Assembly (NCBI GenBank): GCA_041660605.1
Contig: JBAZWB010000001.1
Location: 814,503 to 878,502, forward strand
Reading direction: 5' to 3'
Origin: Patescibacteria group bacterium
Lineage (GTDB): Bacteria; Patescibacteriota; Patescibacteriia; UBA10025; JAHIVO01
DNA: 64,000 nt
Shown in pieces: positions 55,773-64,000 of this stretch. Under the pieces are notes generated by a model. The model was given only the letters and a program-made list of their open reading frames with translations. It did not search any database and was not told where the DNA came from. The translations under genes and the position numbers were made by a program. Within the stretch, counting starts at the first letter, position 1, and each line of letters starts with the position of its first letter.

Positions 55773-56834
55773 TTAATAATTCGGGGCTTTTTTGCTGATC
55801 ATGACGGTATGCGGATGCGATTCCTTCAGGCTGGCGCTGGTAATCCTGATAAACCTGGCCTGCCTGGGCAATTCGCCTATCTTATGAGCACCCACATATC
55901 CCATGCCACTTTTCAGTCCGCCGACCGCCTGCCAGATGATTTCTTTGACCGGGCCTTTGTATGGTATCAGGCCTTCAACTCCCTCTGGGACGTATTTAGT
56001 TGCGCCTTTCTGGAAATACCTGTCAGATGACTTACCGCCGGACATGGCGCCAAGGCTGCCCATGCCGCGGTACTCCTTGTATAATTTACCGTTCAAACGG
56101 ACTAGTTTGCCCGGCGCTTCTTTGGCGCCGGCCAGCATTGAACCCAGCATGACAGTTGCAGCTCCGGCCGCCAGGGCTTTCACGATATCGCCGGAATATT
56201 TGATGCCGCCGTCGGCAATAACTGGAATATTTTTTTTCTGGGCGACTGAGACAACTTCGGAAATCGCGGTTAACTGAGGTACGCCAATGCCGGCCACTAC
56301 CCGCGTGGTGCAGATAGAACCAGGTCCGATCCCGACTTTCAGGGCATCGGCAATTGTTAAATAAACTTTGGCTGCCTCTTTAGTAGCAATGTTGCCGATT
56401 ACCAGTTGTGCTTTGATTGATTTCCTGATTAATCTGGCATCTCGGATAATTTTCGTATGGTGAGCGTGGGCGCAGTCTATAAAGATGGCAACGGCGCCGG
56501 CCTTATATAATGCCGCGGCTCTTTCTATATCATGAGGCCCCACAGCGGCGCCAACTTTGACTCCTGATTTTTTAGCTTTTTTGACCATCCCAACCTGCTC
56601 ACTGATACTGCAATTCCTGTGCAGGACCGCCAGGCCGCCTAATTTTCCCAAGGCAATAGCCATTGAGGCATTGCTGACTGTATCCATGGCAGCGGAGAGT
56701 ATGGGTATTTCCAGTTGGATTTTATTTGTTAATTTAGCGGCCAGGTCAATTTCCCTGCGGTTGACCGAAGACAAACGCGGTTCAAGCAAAACATCATCAA
56801 ATGTTAAGCCGGTTCCAATTTCGCTAAATTTCAT
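55773..56834 (-). CDS. IMP dehydrogenase / GMP reductase family protein lacking the CBS subdomain
   Basis: Catalytic loop GIGPGSICTTR. 353 aa with no CBS insert. Confidence 0.8.
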   Translation of the reverse strand: MKFSEIGTGLTFDDVLLEPRLSSVNRREIDLAAKLTNKIQLEIPILSAAMDTVSNASMAIALGKLGGLAVLHRNCSISEQVGMVKKAKKSGVKVGAAVGPHDIERAAALYKAGAVAIFIDCAHAHHTKIIRDARLIRKSIKAQLVIGNIATKEAAKVYLTIADALKVGIGPGSICTTRVVAGIGVPQLTAISEVVSVAQKKNIPVIADGGIKYSGDIVKALAAGAATVMLGSMLAGAKEAPGKLVRLNGKLYKEYRGMGSLGAMSGGKSSDRYFQKGATKYVPEGVEGLIPYKGPVKEIIWQAVGGLKSGMGYVGAHKIGELPRQARFIRITSASLKESHPHTVMISKKAPNY

Positions 56835-56907
56835 ATTTAATAGTTCAAATTATATTTTGCTTTACATTATAACACAAAACTTATACTGTGCTAAGAATAT
56901 GCCACAT

Positions 56908-57882
56908 CTAGTATTTTATGTCAACAATATTTTCCATAGTCCAGCGTTCCGCTGGCTTGGACAAATCCAGCTTGGCGTACTTTGGCTGCAGGATAAAATC
57001 CTGGTAGCCGCTCTCTTCACTTTTTCCCCCATTGGAAAAAATGCTCAGCAGCCGCTGGTCAAACAACAGTTTATATCCGCTGGCTACGTATTCGTGGGAG
57101 CGTACTAATATTTTTCCGCCGATGGCTTGCATGAAATTATCGAAAATCGTCCGGCCAAAAAGATAATTCCCTCCCCGCTTATAATTGTACATTATATGAT
57201 TGATTTCCTCAGTCGGATCATTCCAGCGTATTTCCATCATATCTTCGTCATCCTTTATGTCTTTCAGGGATTTTATCGGGCTGACTGGTATGCCTCCGTG
57301 TACGGCTACTGCACCGTTTCTGGTAATCAGTAGGCTGGGCAGGTGCTCAAAAAAATTATTTACGCGCTGAAAGATATATTGGCCGCGGTCATACCCGTAT
57401 TGCTTGATGCAGGAGCCCAGGAAGCCATAATGCTGGCCCATGTCTATTTCTTCATGATTGCCGCGCAGCAGGTAAACGTAATTGGGGTGCTTAAGTTTCA
57501 AATTCAATACCAGATCTAATGTTTTGATATCGGCTTTTCCGCGGTTGGTATAATCGCCAAGGAAGACCAGATAAACCGCCTCTCCTTTTTCGCTCAACTG
57601 AAAAAAACGTTCCTGCTCTAGAATCTTTTGTACGGAAACCGAATCTCCGTGTATATCTCCGATGAATATGGCAGTGCCCTGATCGGGCAGATACACATAT
57701 TGATAATGGCAGAAAGCTTCCCGGGAATTTATCAAGGTGATCTTCTCGCGCATCTTGCCTTTCGATAGCTTGCGCTCCTGCCGGATAATCTGCTCAACGC
57801 CAATTACCAATTGGGAAAAATCCCGCCAGGTTTTGTCGGACTTGTTAACGGTTAATTTTTCTTGTTCTACCTCCATAATCAA
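56908..57882 (-). CDS. PPP-family metallophosphoesterase (Ser/Thr phosphatase / ApaH-like)
   Basis: GDIHGD, GDYTNRG (GDxVDRG-like), LRGNHE. Confidence 0.7.
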   Translation of the reverse strand: MIMEVEQEKLTVNKSDKTWRDFSQLVIGVEQIIRQERKLSKGKMREKITLINSREAFCHYQYVYLPDQGTAIFIGDIHGDSVSVQKILEQERFFQLSEKGEAVYLVFLGDYTNRGKADIKTLDLVLNLKLKHPNYVYLLRGNHEEIDMGQHYGFLGSCIKQYGYDRGQYIFQRVNNFFEHLPSLLITRNGAVAVHGGIPVSPIKSLKDIKDDEDMMEIRWNDPTEEINHIMYNYKRGGNYLFGRTIFDNFMQAIGGKILVRSHEYVASGYKLLFDQRLLSIFSNGGKSEESGYQDFILQPKYAKLDLSKPAERWTMENIVDIKY

Positions 57883-58763
57883 TCAAATATTACTTCCTGT
57901 TTTTTTGGTAAAATTCCTACCTGGTAGGATGTTTGCGAAGCCGGCAACTCTCCGTCTAATTGGGCCTGAAGTGGTTTGACGGATTGAATGTTCAGCTGAT
58001 GGCAACGGCTCATATGCACTTCCGGCAAATTCGTATGGTGGCCGCGGATGAATTTTGGCAGTTTTCGTAAAATATAGGCGCGACTGGCTTTATCCACCAA
58101 ACAGACATCAAACAATCCGTCATCCATTTTTGCATCAGGAGCTACTTTGAATCCCCCGCCATACGTCGTACCGTTGCACACGGAAATGAATAATATTTTT
58201 TGTTCGACAGTATTACGATCGTCAAATTTCATTTTGACTTCCTGACAGCGGTAAAAAACCAGAGTCCGCAGTACCGCCAATAAATAAGCCATGAAGCCGT
58301 TAGTATAACGCATGGTCTTGCGTGCCGCCAGCGCCGTTTCGCCGTCAAAGCCGACACCAAAACCGTTGATAAAATAATCCGTTTCGTTAACTACGCCGAC
58401 ATCAATCCATTTGGTTTTTGCTTCTCGTAAAATCCGCAGATCCCTTTTCAAATTTCTTTTATAGCCAAGCTGATAGGAAAAATCATTTCCCGAGCCGATC
58501 GGCAAAATTCCTAAAATTGCCGGTGAAATTGCCAGACCGTTAATAATTTCATTAACCGTACCGTCGCCTCCGACGGCAACCAAAATCTCATACTTATTTG
58601 ATGAGTCTTTGGCAATCTGCGTGGCCTGTTTTGGGCGCTGCGTGATGACCGTATCGAAATCAACGTCTTCACTGGCGAAAAAACTACTAATCTCCGATAA
58701 AATAGACAAATGCTTCCCTTTGCCAGCCACGGGGTTAATTATGAAAAGATACTTTTTTTTCAT
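57879..58763 (-). CDS. Diacylglycerol-kinase catalytic-domain lipid kinase (YegS/BmrU-like)
   Basis: LVAVGGDGTVNEIINGL, the DAGK_cat signature. Confidence 0.8.
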   Translation of the reverse strand: MKKKYLFIINPVAGKGKHLSILSEISSFFASEDVDFDTVITQRPKQATQIAKDSSNKYEILVAVGGDGTVNEIINGLAISPAILGILPIGSGNDFSYQLGYKRNLKRDLRILREAKTKWIDVGVVNETDYFINGFGVGFDGETALAARKTMRYTNGFMAYLLAVLRTLVFYRCQEVKMKFDDRNTVEQKILFISVCNGTTYGGGFKVAPDAKMDDGLFDVCLVDKASRAYILRKLPKFIRGHHTNLPEVHMSRCHQLNIQSVKPLQAQLDGELPASQTSYQVGILPKKQEVIFD

Positions 58764-58857
58764 ATTGCTTTAGACTAATTATACTTTAATTTGGATAATA
58801 AAAAAAGGCTGCCTGCGGCAAAAAGCCTGCGCCTGGAATCAGGCATATTTCATGCTA

Positions 58858-59580
58858 TTATGATCTCTCCGGTATATTCACGCAACTCTGCAAATCAAAT
58901 TCTCCGACCCTGACGCGTTCAAGCTCATACAAATATCCTCCGACACCCAGCCGCTCACCCAAATCCCTGGCCAATGAACGTATATATACTCCCGGACCGG
59001 TGACTGCTTTTATTTTCAAAAAAGGCCACTGGTATTCGATAATGCTGATCTCCTTAATATAGACTTCCCTGGCTTTTAGCTGAATATTTTCACCCTGCCT
59101 GACGCGCCGGTGAGCCGGGCGGCCTTTGATTTTTACGGAGCAATAAACAGGCGGTATCTGCTTAATATGTCCGGTAAAATCCTCTAAAATATTTTTTATC
59201 TGGCCGATACCGGGTAAATTATTTTCTTCTGTATTTTTAATCTGCCCCTGCCGGTCATCCGTATCGCTGACTCCGCCGAATTTTATCAGAGCGATGTATT
59301 CTTTTTCCTTTTTTACCTCTAGCATTAATTTTTTCGTCGCTTCCCTGCCAACGCCCACGACTAAAACTCCGCTGGCCAGCGGATCAAGCGTACCGGCATG
59401 ACCGATTCTTTTTTCCCCGGTAATTTTCCTCAGCTTATCGATCATGTCATGAGATGTCGGGCCGGTAGGTTTGAAAATACTAAAAATACCATGTTTTATC
59501 TCACGCATAGCGGTATAAAAAATTAAACCTTGATTTTCAGCCTGATCTTCACTTCCTTTACTAAATCTTCCAGCGCCCAC
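58858..59580 (-). CDS. truB: tRNA pseudouridine(55) synthase
   Basis: GHAGTLDPLASGVLVVGVG with the catalytic Asp. The likely start is the internal Met at about 59508. Confidence 0.85.
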   Translation of the reverse strand: MGAGRFSKGSEDQAENQGLIFYTAMREIKHGIFSIFKPTGPTSHDMIDKLRKITGEKRIGHAGTLDPLASGVLVVGVGREATKKLMLEVKKEKEYIALIKFGGVSDTDDRQGQIKNTEENNLPGIGQIKNILEDFTGHIKQIPPVYCSVKIKGRPAHRRVRQGENIQLKAREVYIKEISIIEYQWPFLKIKAVTGPGVYIRSLARDLGERLGVGGYLYELERVRVGEFDLQSCVNIPERS

Positions 59581-59906
59581 TTTGCCTTGGCCATGTAAAC
59601 GCAGTCGTCGTATTTCAAAAGCTGGGCAATTTCTTTTTTATCCACGTTTGTCCAGAGTATCAATGGCACATTCAAGCCCCATTCGCTTGATCTTATTTTA
59701 GACAGTACAGTCAAACCATCCATTTTCGGCATGACGATGTCCAGCAAAATTAGATCGGGTCGTTCTTTCATGGCTATCTCCAGGCCTAGCTGGCCGTTTT
59801 TCGCCTTGAAGACACGGAAATTTTCCCTGCTAAACGCCTTATCCAGAAGCCAGCGCAATGAAGTATCATCATCAATTATTAAGATAGTTTTTTCATTTTT
59901 TTGCAT
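59523..59906 (-). CDS. Single-domain response regulator (CheY-like receiver)
   Basis: ILIIDDD...KPDLILLDIVMPKMDG...ILWT; phospho-acceptor Asp in LLDIVMP. No output domain. Confidence 0.75.
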   Translation of the reverse strand: MQKNEKTILIIDDDTSLRWLLDKAFSRENFRVFKAKNGQLGLEIAMKERPDLILLDIVMPKMDGLTVLSKIRSSEWGLNVPLILWTNVDKKEIAQLLKYDDCVYMAKAKWALEDLVKEVKIRLKIKV

Positions 59907-59911
59907 GCTGG

Positions 59912-60262
59912 CTATTTTAATTTATTTACTAGCTTCATTACTTCTATATAATTCTTACGAATCATTTCCGGTTGGCGGTAGCTTTTTGAAAATTCCGCCA
60001 GCCAATCCATGGCTTTGATGATGGTCTCCCTGGTCGGTGCATCAAAATCACCGCCGCTTTCCCTGAAGGCCTTCCTGACGATTCCTTCAATATTCGCTTT
60101 TGTATATTTTTCTACCCCTTTTTTGCCTAGATCCTGCGTTAGCTCTCCCAAAGATTTCCTGGTTGCCTCCCCGTGGGCATGCTCGAAACAGACAACAATG
60201 GCATCCCTTACTTTTTCAGGAGTAATAGTTTCTTCCAAATCTACTCCAAAAATTATTGCCAT
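59912..60262 (-). CDS. Hypothetical small protein, predicted helical
   Basis: 116-aa ORF lying exactly between two receiver-domain genes. Confidence 0.4.
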   Translation of the reverse strand: MAIIFGVDLEETITPEKVRDAIVVCFEHAHGEATRKSLGELTQDLGKKGVEKYTKANIEGIVRKAFRESGGDFDAPTRETIIKAMDWLAEFSKSYRQPEMIRKNYIEVMKLVNKLK

Positions 60263-60303
60263 ACAATTTATATTCCTAATTACCCTTGCTAACTTTTTAT
60301 ACG

Positions 60304-60684
60304 TTAGACTAACTGCAGCTTTTCTTTCACTTTTTTAACTACATCATTTAAATGGCACTGAGTTTTACTCAGCATTTCCACTCTACCGGCATCGACTGCC
60401 CTCTGCACCCGCGGATCATCAGCGTAATTTGTCAGTATTATTACCGGAATAGATTTGCCCCATGACTGCCCCTGCAATTGATCCAGCATATCAATCCCAT
60501 GCATTTTCGGCATGACGATGTCCAGTAATATTAAATCCGGCTTTTCCAGCTTGGCCAGACCCAAGCCAACTTCGCCGTTTTCTGCTTCAAGGATATTCAA
60601 GTCAGTACCAGAAAAAGCCTTTTTTAGTGCTTCCCGAATGGACTTTTCGTCTTCAATCAATAAGACTTTTTTGGAATTGCTCAT
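60304..60684 (-). CDS. Single-domain response regulator (CheY-like receiver), paralog of 59523..59906
   Basis: VLLIEDE...KPDLILLDIVMPKMHG...IILTN. Confidence 0.75.
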   Translation of the reverse strand: MSNSKKVLLIEDEKSIREALKKAFSGTDLNILEAENGEVGLGLAKLEKPDLILLDIVMPKMHGIDMLDQLQGQSWGKSIPVIILTNYADDPRVQRAVDAGRVEMLSKTQCHLNDVVKKVKEKLQLV

Positions 60685-60792
60685 ATTTTATACCTTAATT
60701 TAGGCATATTTATTATATCTGCCTTTATAAAATATGTCTATTAAAAATCTCACAGGTAATTAAAACGCGCTGCGGTAAATTATTTTCCACAA

Positions 60793-60810
60793 AGCTGCGA
60801 GACCTGGACT
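60793..60810. repeat. 18-nt direct repeat of the tRNA-Gln 3' end (T-arm, acceptor and discriminator)
   Basis: ctgcgagacctggactcg at 60793-60810 is identical to 60900-60917. Confidence 0.6.
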
Positions 60811-60899
60811 CGCCCTGTACCACAAGGGTACAGGGCGCCATGAACCGAACTTTGTTCTGGTTCATGGCGAACTAATAATAACGAAAATTCCCTGCAAAT

Positions 60900-60970
60900 C
60901 TGCGAGACCTGGACTCGAACCAGGATTAGCGGATTCAGAGTCCGCCGTCCTACCATTAGACGATCTCGCA
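60900..60970 (-). tRNA. tRNA-Gln (anticodon CUG)
   Basis: Reverse complement folds as: acceptor TGCGAGA/TCTCGCA; D-arm GTCT-AATGGTA-GGAC; anticodon arm GCGGA-CTCTGAA-TCCGC (U33, C34 U35 G36, A37); T-arm CCTGG-TTCGAGT-CCAGG; discriminator G. Confidence 0.8.
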
Positions 60971-60982
60971 GATTTGCAGGGA

Positions 60983-61011
60983 ATTATAAATATTCTTTAA
61001 CTTATAAACAA
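60983..61011 (-). promoter_or_regulatory. Candidate promoter for tRNA-Gln
   Basis: On the minus strand: TTGTTT, 17-nt spacer, TATAAT. The -10 box ends about 12 nt upstream of the tRNA 5' end. Confidence 0.4.
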
Positions 61012-61043
61012 CCAATTTTTTAAGCAGCTTCCGGTTATGCTAA

Positions 61044-61065
61044 CAAAAAATTGCCTATCAGGCAA
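61044..61065 (-). terminator. Rho-independent terminator of dnaX
   Basis: On the minus strand: TTGCCT-gat-AGGCAA followed by T7. Confidence 0.65.
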
Positions 61066-61086
61066 GCTTGTAACCTCATTATTCTG

Positions 61087-62709
61087 CTACGCTTCTTCTT
61101 CCACAATTTCACCGCCAAAGACGTTCAAAGCCTGATTCCAGGCTTCGCTTTCCCCTGCCTCCTGGCTGCTGCCTTTCAGAAATTCATGCTCAAGCTTCTG
61201 AAAAGCGCTCTCTGAGACAACTTCGGTTTTTATTTTCAATGCATGCCTGGTAATATTTTCAATTACTCCGCCTAAAATGTTTTTTGCTTCCGGCTCCGCC
61301 ACCTGCTCGGCGTGAAATTTATACTGGAAAGCGATGCAAATGGCTTGATTATCGACAGATTTAGGCAATCCGACTTTCAGGGATAGGGCCAGCGAATAAT
61401 TCTTGCCGCGCAAGGCTTGCAATATTTCCAGCCAAACCGACTTCAGTATTTCCATGTTCATCGTTGATTTTGCGCTCATTTTACGGGGCACCGGCGGCTT
61501 ATCGTGTTTTGCCTTTGGCAATGCTGAACCGTCAGCGGGCGGCTTCGTTCCCCCGCCATCCTTAGGTTTATTGGCGTCCTGACTGCCTTCAATCTCCGTT
61601 TTCTTCGAGCGATCGAGCTCCACTATGGCTAATTCCAGTGGCAGCTGAATTATCGTGGTATATTTAAATTCCCGAGATTTTTCCACAAATTTCTCAATCA
61701 CGCTGATTAGCCAGTCAACGGTAATGCTATTCATGCTCTTTTTAATTTCATTTATATTGTCAGTGTTCAGATCCAGACGCGTGGCTGTCAGAGTATTGCT
61801 GGTAATCTTCATCAGCAGAACATAACGGAAAAATTCAATCAAATCCCTAGTAAATTCCTGGATATCAACTCCCTCGTCTATCAACTTATTTATTAAAGCC
61901 AGGTTTGCCGGTATGTCATTTTGCACCAAGTTTTGAAAAAATTCCAAAACTAAAGTATTATCAGACCGCGGGATGACCAACGAGGCTTTTTCTTCCGTTA
62001 TTTCTTTTTCGCCGAGAGACATCAGCTGATTGAGCATTACTTCGGCGTCCCTGACAGAACCCTCGGATCTCTGGGCAATATTCCGTAAAATGGACTCCTC
62101 AATGTTGATCTTTTCTTTTTCCGTGACTGTTTTCAGTCTTTTTACCAGATCATCAGGACTGACTCTCTTGAAATCAAAACGCTGGCAGCGGGAAATAATG
62201 GTTTCCGGCACGCGGTGTATTTCAGTAGTCGCCAGAATAAAAATTACATACTCCGGCGGCTCCTCAAGGGTTTTTAGCAATGCGTTAAAAGAGGAAACCG
62301 ACAGCATATGCACCTCATCTATGATAAAAACTTTAAATTTCGCGCGTTGCGGAGTAAAACGGGAATTCTCAATAATATTTTCCCGTACATTATCAACGCC
62401 GGTGTGCGAAGCGGCGTCGATTTCTATCAGGTCCATGGAGTTCCCGGCAGTGAAGTCTTTGCAAAAATCACAGGCATTGCAGGGTTCGGCGCCTTTCCTA
62501 TTGGTGCAATTGACAGCTTTGGCTAACAGACGGGCAGTGGTAGTCTTGCCCACGCCGCGCGGACCGGAAAAAAGATAAGCATGACTGACGCGCCCCTGTT
62601 CTATCTCATTCTCCAATGTGATGCGTATGGCATTCTGGCCGATCAGGTCTTTGAAGGTCTGCGGCCGATATTTTCGATAAATAACTTGAGACATAAAAAA
62701 ATCCACCAA
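61087..62709 (-). CDS. dnaX: DNA polymerase III subunit gamma/tau
   Basis: GPRGVGKTTTARLLAKAVNC (Walker A), zinc module C-x-x-C...C-x-x-C, FIIDEVHMLS, and the SRC motif (TIISRCQRFDF). Confidence 0.9.
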   Translation of the reverse strand: MVDFFMSQVIYRKYRPQTFKDLIGQNAIRITLENEIEQGRVSHAYLFSGPRGVGKTTTARLLAKAVNCTNRKGAEPCNACDFCKDFTAGNSMDLIEIDAASHTGVDNVRENIIENSRFTPQRAKFKVFIIDEVHMLSVSSFNALLKTLEEPPEYVIFILATTEIHRVPETIISRCQRFDFKRVSPDDLVKRLKTVTEKEKINIEESILRNIAQRSEGSVRDAEVMLNQLMSLGEKEITEEKASLVIPRSDNTLVLEFFQNLVQNDIPANLALINKLIDEGVDIQEFTRDLIEFFRYVLLMKITSNTLTATRLDLNTDNINEIKKSMNSITVDWLISVIEKFVEKSREFKYTTIIQLPLELAIVELDRSKKTEIEGSQDANKPKDGGGTKPPADGSALPKAKHDKPPVPRKMSAKSTMNMEILKSVWLEILQALRGKNYSLALSLKVGLPKSVDNQAICIAFQYKFHAEQVAEPEAKNILGGVIENITRHALKIKTEVVSESAFQKLEHEFLKGSSQEAGESEAWNQALNVFGGEIVEEEA

Positions 62710-62762
62710 TTATAGGTGACTATATTTTATAATAACCGTTCAGATTAAGCAAATCTCAATTG

Positions 62763-63404
62763 CTAGCTCAGGTCCTCAATCTCTTCCACGTTTTCCGGAG
62801 TGCCCTTATCCTGCTTCAGTTCCTCTTTAATATCTGTATTTTCCCCCTCTTTTGAGCTTTCGCCGGCCTTAATAATATTTTCTACTGCAGCCCATTCTGT
62901 TTCTTTTTCCTTGGGCACCAATATCACGACCTCGTCTCCCGATTCGCCTTTAAAATAAGTGATGCTGGCCAGTAAAACTTTATAGGCCTTATCCCCCACT
63001 AATACTCTGTACTCGTCCGTGATGTCATCTTTGGCCAATAAGCCGACCAAACGGTTGCGGTCAATCGGTCCGATTTGCTTATACATGAAAGATCCGTCTT
63101 CCTTGATAGTCAGCTTCAGGGTATCGCCGGCAACTAATTTTGATTTTGAAGCGTAATTGGCGGGTATGCTATATTGCTTGCCGTCCGGGCCGATCATGTT
63201 CTGGCCGTCAAAAACGCCTTCAACAATTTTATCGGCTCCCTCGTTCTTCGCCTCGGCCAACTCTTTGGCCATATGTGCGATTTCCGGATCCTCAGATTCT
63301 TTGCCACCGGTTATCTGATTTAAAAGCTGCCGTGCGCTCTCCAGAGCGACATGGGCGGTTTCAATCAATTTTTTTATTTGTCCAATTTGGTTTTGTTTTG
63401 CCAT
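62763..63404 (-). CDS. Hypothetical protein with acidic C-terminus
   Basis: 213-aa ORF. No recognisable motif. Confidence 0.4.
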   Translation of the reverse strand: MAKQNQIGQIKKLIETAHVALESARQLLNQITGGKESEDPEIAHMAKELAEAKNEGADKIVEGVFDGQNMIGPDGKQYSIPANYASKSKLVAGDTLKLTIKEDGSFMYKQIGPIDRNRLVGLLAKDDITDEYRVLVGDKAYKVLLASITYFKGESGDEVVILVPKEKETEWAAVENIIKAGESSKEGENTDIKEELKQDKGTPENVEEIEDLS

Positions 63405-63539
63405 ATTTTATTTTCCTTTTATTTTAATCTTTATGTTTTCTGCTATTTACTATTTGTATTTATTTGCCTTTTTGGGTATTTGTCTTTATTTTTGTCTCTT
63501 TTTTTAGTCTACACAAAGCAAAATGAATAGTCAATATGG

Positions 63540-63998
63540 TCACTTTTTAATATACTTGTAAATTGGTATATGCTTGGTGCTCGGCCTGTCCGTCTCGACA
63601 GGCTGCCAATTTGGCATGGAGAAGCTGTATGAAATTATCCGGGTGCCTGGCCGGAGTTCACGCTCAAATTTCGGACCTAGCTTCTTCATGGCTTTTGGCG
63701 TTAAAAAACAAAAAATGACCGTGGCCTGGCTTAGATCGCGGGATAAAAAATCGGCTCCCCTTATTTCCACTCTCTGGTTTAATCCCAGAAACCGTATCCT
63801 GATTTTTGACCAGATATAAGGAATAAAAGAAATTTCATAACCAACCACGATTTTCGCCGAGGAATTATTGGCAATAGCGACTATAACCCGGCCATCTCCG
63901 GAACCTAAATCGTAAACCACATCGCCTGGCTGGATTCCGGCCAAATTTAAAATACGTTGAATGTCCTTTTTAAAAACAGGCAGCCAGGGTGCGGCCAC
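63540..63998 (-). CDS. Class I SAM-dependent methyltransferase
   Basis: VVYDLGSGDGRVIV, the glycine-rich SAM motif I. The ORF reaches the window edge, so the N-terminus may be truncated. Confidence 0.55.
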   Translation of the reverse strand: MAAPWLPVFKKDIQRILNLAGIQPGDVVYDLGSGDGRVIVAIANNSSAKIVVGYEISFIPYIWSKIRIRFLGLNQRVEIRGADFLSRDLSQATVIFCFLTPKAMKKLGPKFERELRPGTRIISYSFSMPNWQPVETDRPSTKHIPIYKYIKK

Positions 63999-64000
63999 CC

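Noticed and set aside
1-64000. CRISPR arrays, rRNA genes, prophage or integrase genes, reverse transcriptases
   Set aside because: No evenly spaced direct-repeat arrays, no rRNA-like conserved blocks, and no integrase, transposase or RT motifs were found in any translated ORF. The tRNA-Gln 3' direct repeat has no cargo between its copies.

Overview
The window is low-GC (about 35-45% by eye), densely packed bacterial DNA with long co-directional gene arrays and many small membrane proteins, consistent with a small-genome bacterium such as a Patescibacteria/CPR member. That assignment is inference only. All calls rest on motifs read by eye in the supplied ORF translations; no searches were run.

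Three blocks.

1. Housekeeping operons on the minus strand:
- rplJ-rplL, a UMP-kinase-like gene, mltG, manC-like, pcm
- uppP, fpg, a CBS-pair protein, an ABC transporter, NUDIX, MBL-fold, RarA, GNAT, a CofE-like gene
- guaA, an adenosine deaminase family gene, an IMPDH-like gene, truB, dnaX

2. A roughly 22 kb cell-surface island (7.9-30.1 kb) on the plus strand, made of four giant secreted repeat proteins of 863 to 1762 aa:
- All four carry DUF11 repeats.
- Three end in an LPxTG-like sorting signal.
- One has a vWA domain plus Cna B/SpaA-like domains, the layout of Gram-positive pilus tip adhesins.
- One is a mosaic of Myxococcus cysteine-rich repeats, thrombospondin type-3 repeats, an LNR-like repeat and a lamin-tail domain.
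- The island is flanked by two CAP-domain proteins and a BIG2-domain membrane protein.
- No sortase gene is present in the window.
- A structured, non-coding repeat of about 190 bp follows the terminator of two of the giant genes and lies upstream of the next one; in the second copy it is split by a DUF559 (Vsr-like) endonuclease gene.

3. A higher-GC segment (about 47.3-51.9 kb) next to tRNA-Pro, carrying purB and purA, that looks horizontally acquired.

Both tRNAs in the window (Pro-CGG and Gln-CUG) are flanked by perfect 11-15 bp inverted repeats that would extend the acceptor helix. tRNA-Gln also has an 18-nt duplicate of its 3' end about 107 bp downstream.

Other candidates for follow-up: a module of two paralogous membrane proteins bracketing a nucleoside-2-deoxyribosyltransferase-like gene next to CYTH, GNAT and CofE-like genes; a pair of receiver-only response regulators around a small unknown gene; and uppP and a PAP2-like DUF212 gene arranged divergently with start codons 4 bp apart.
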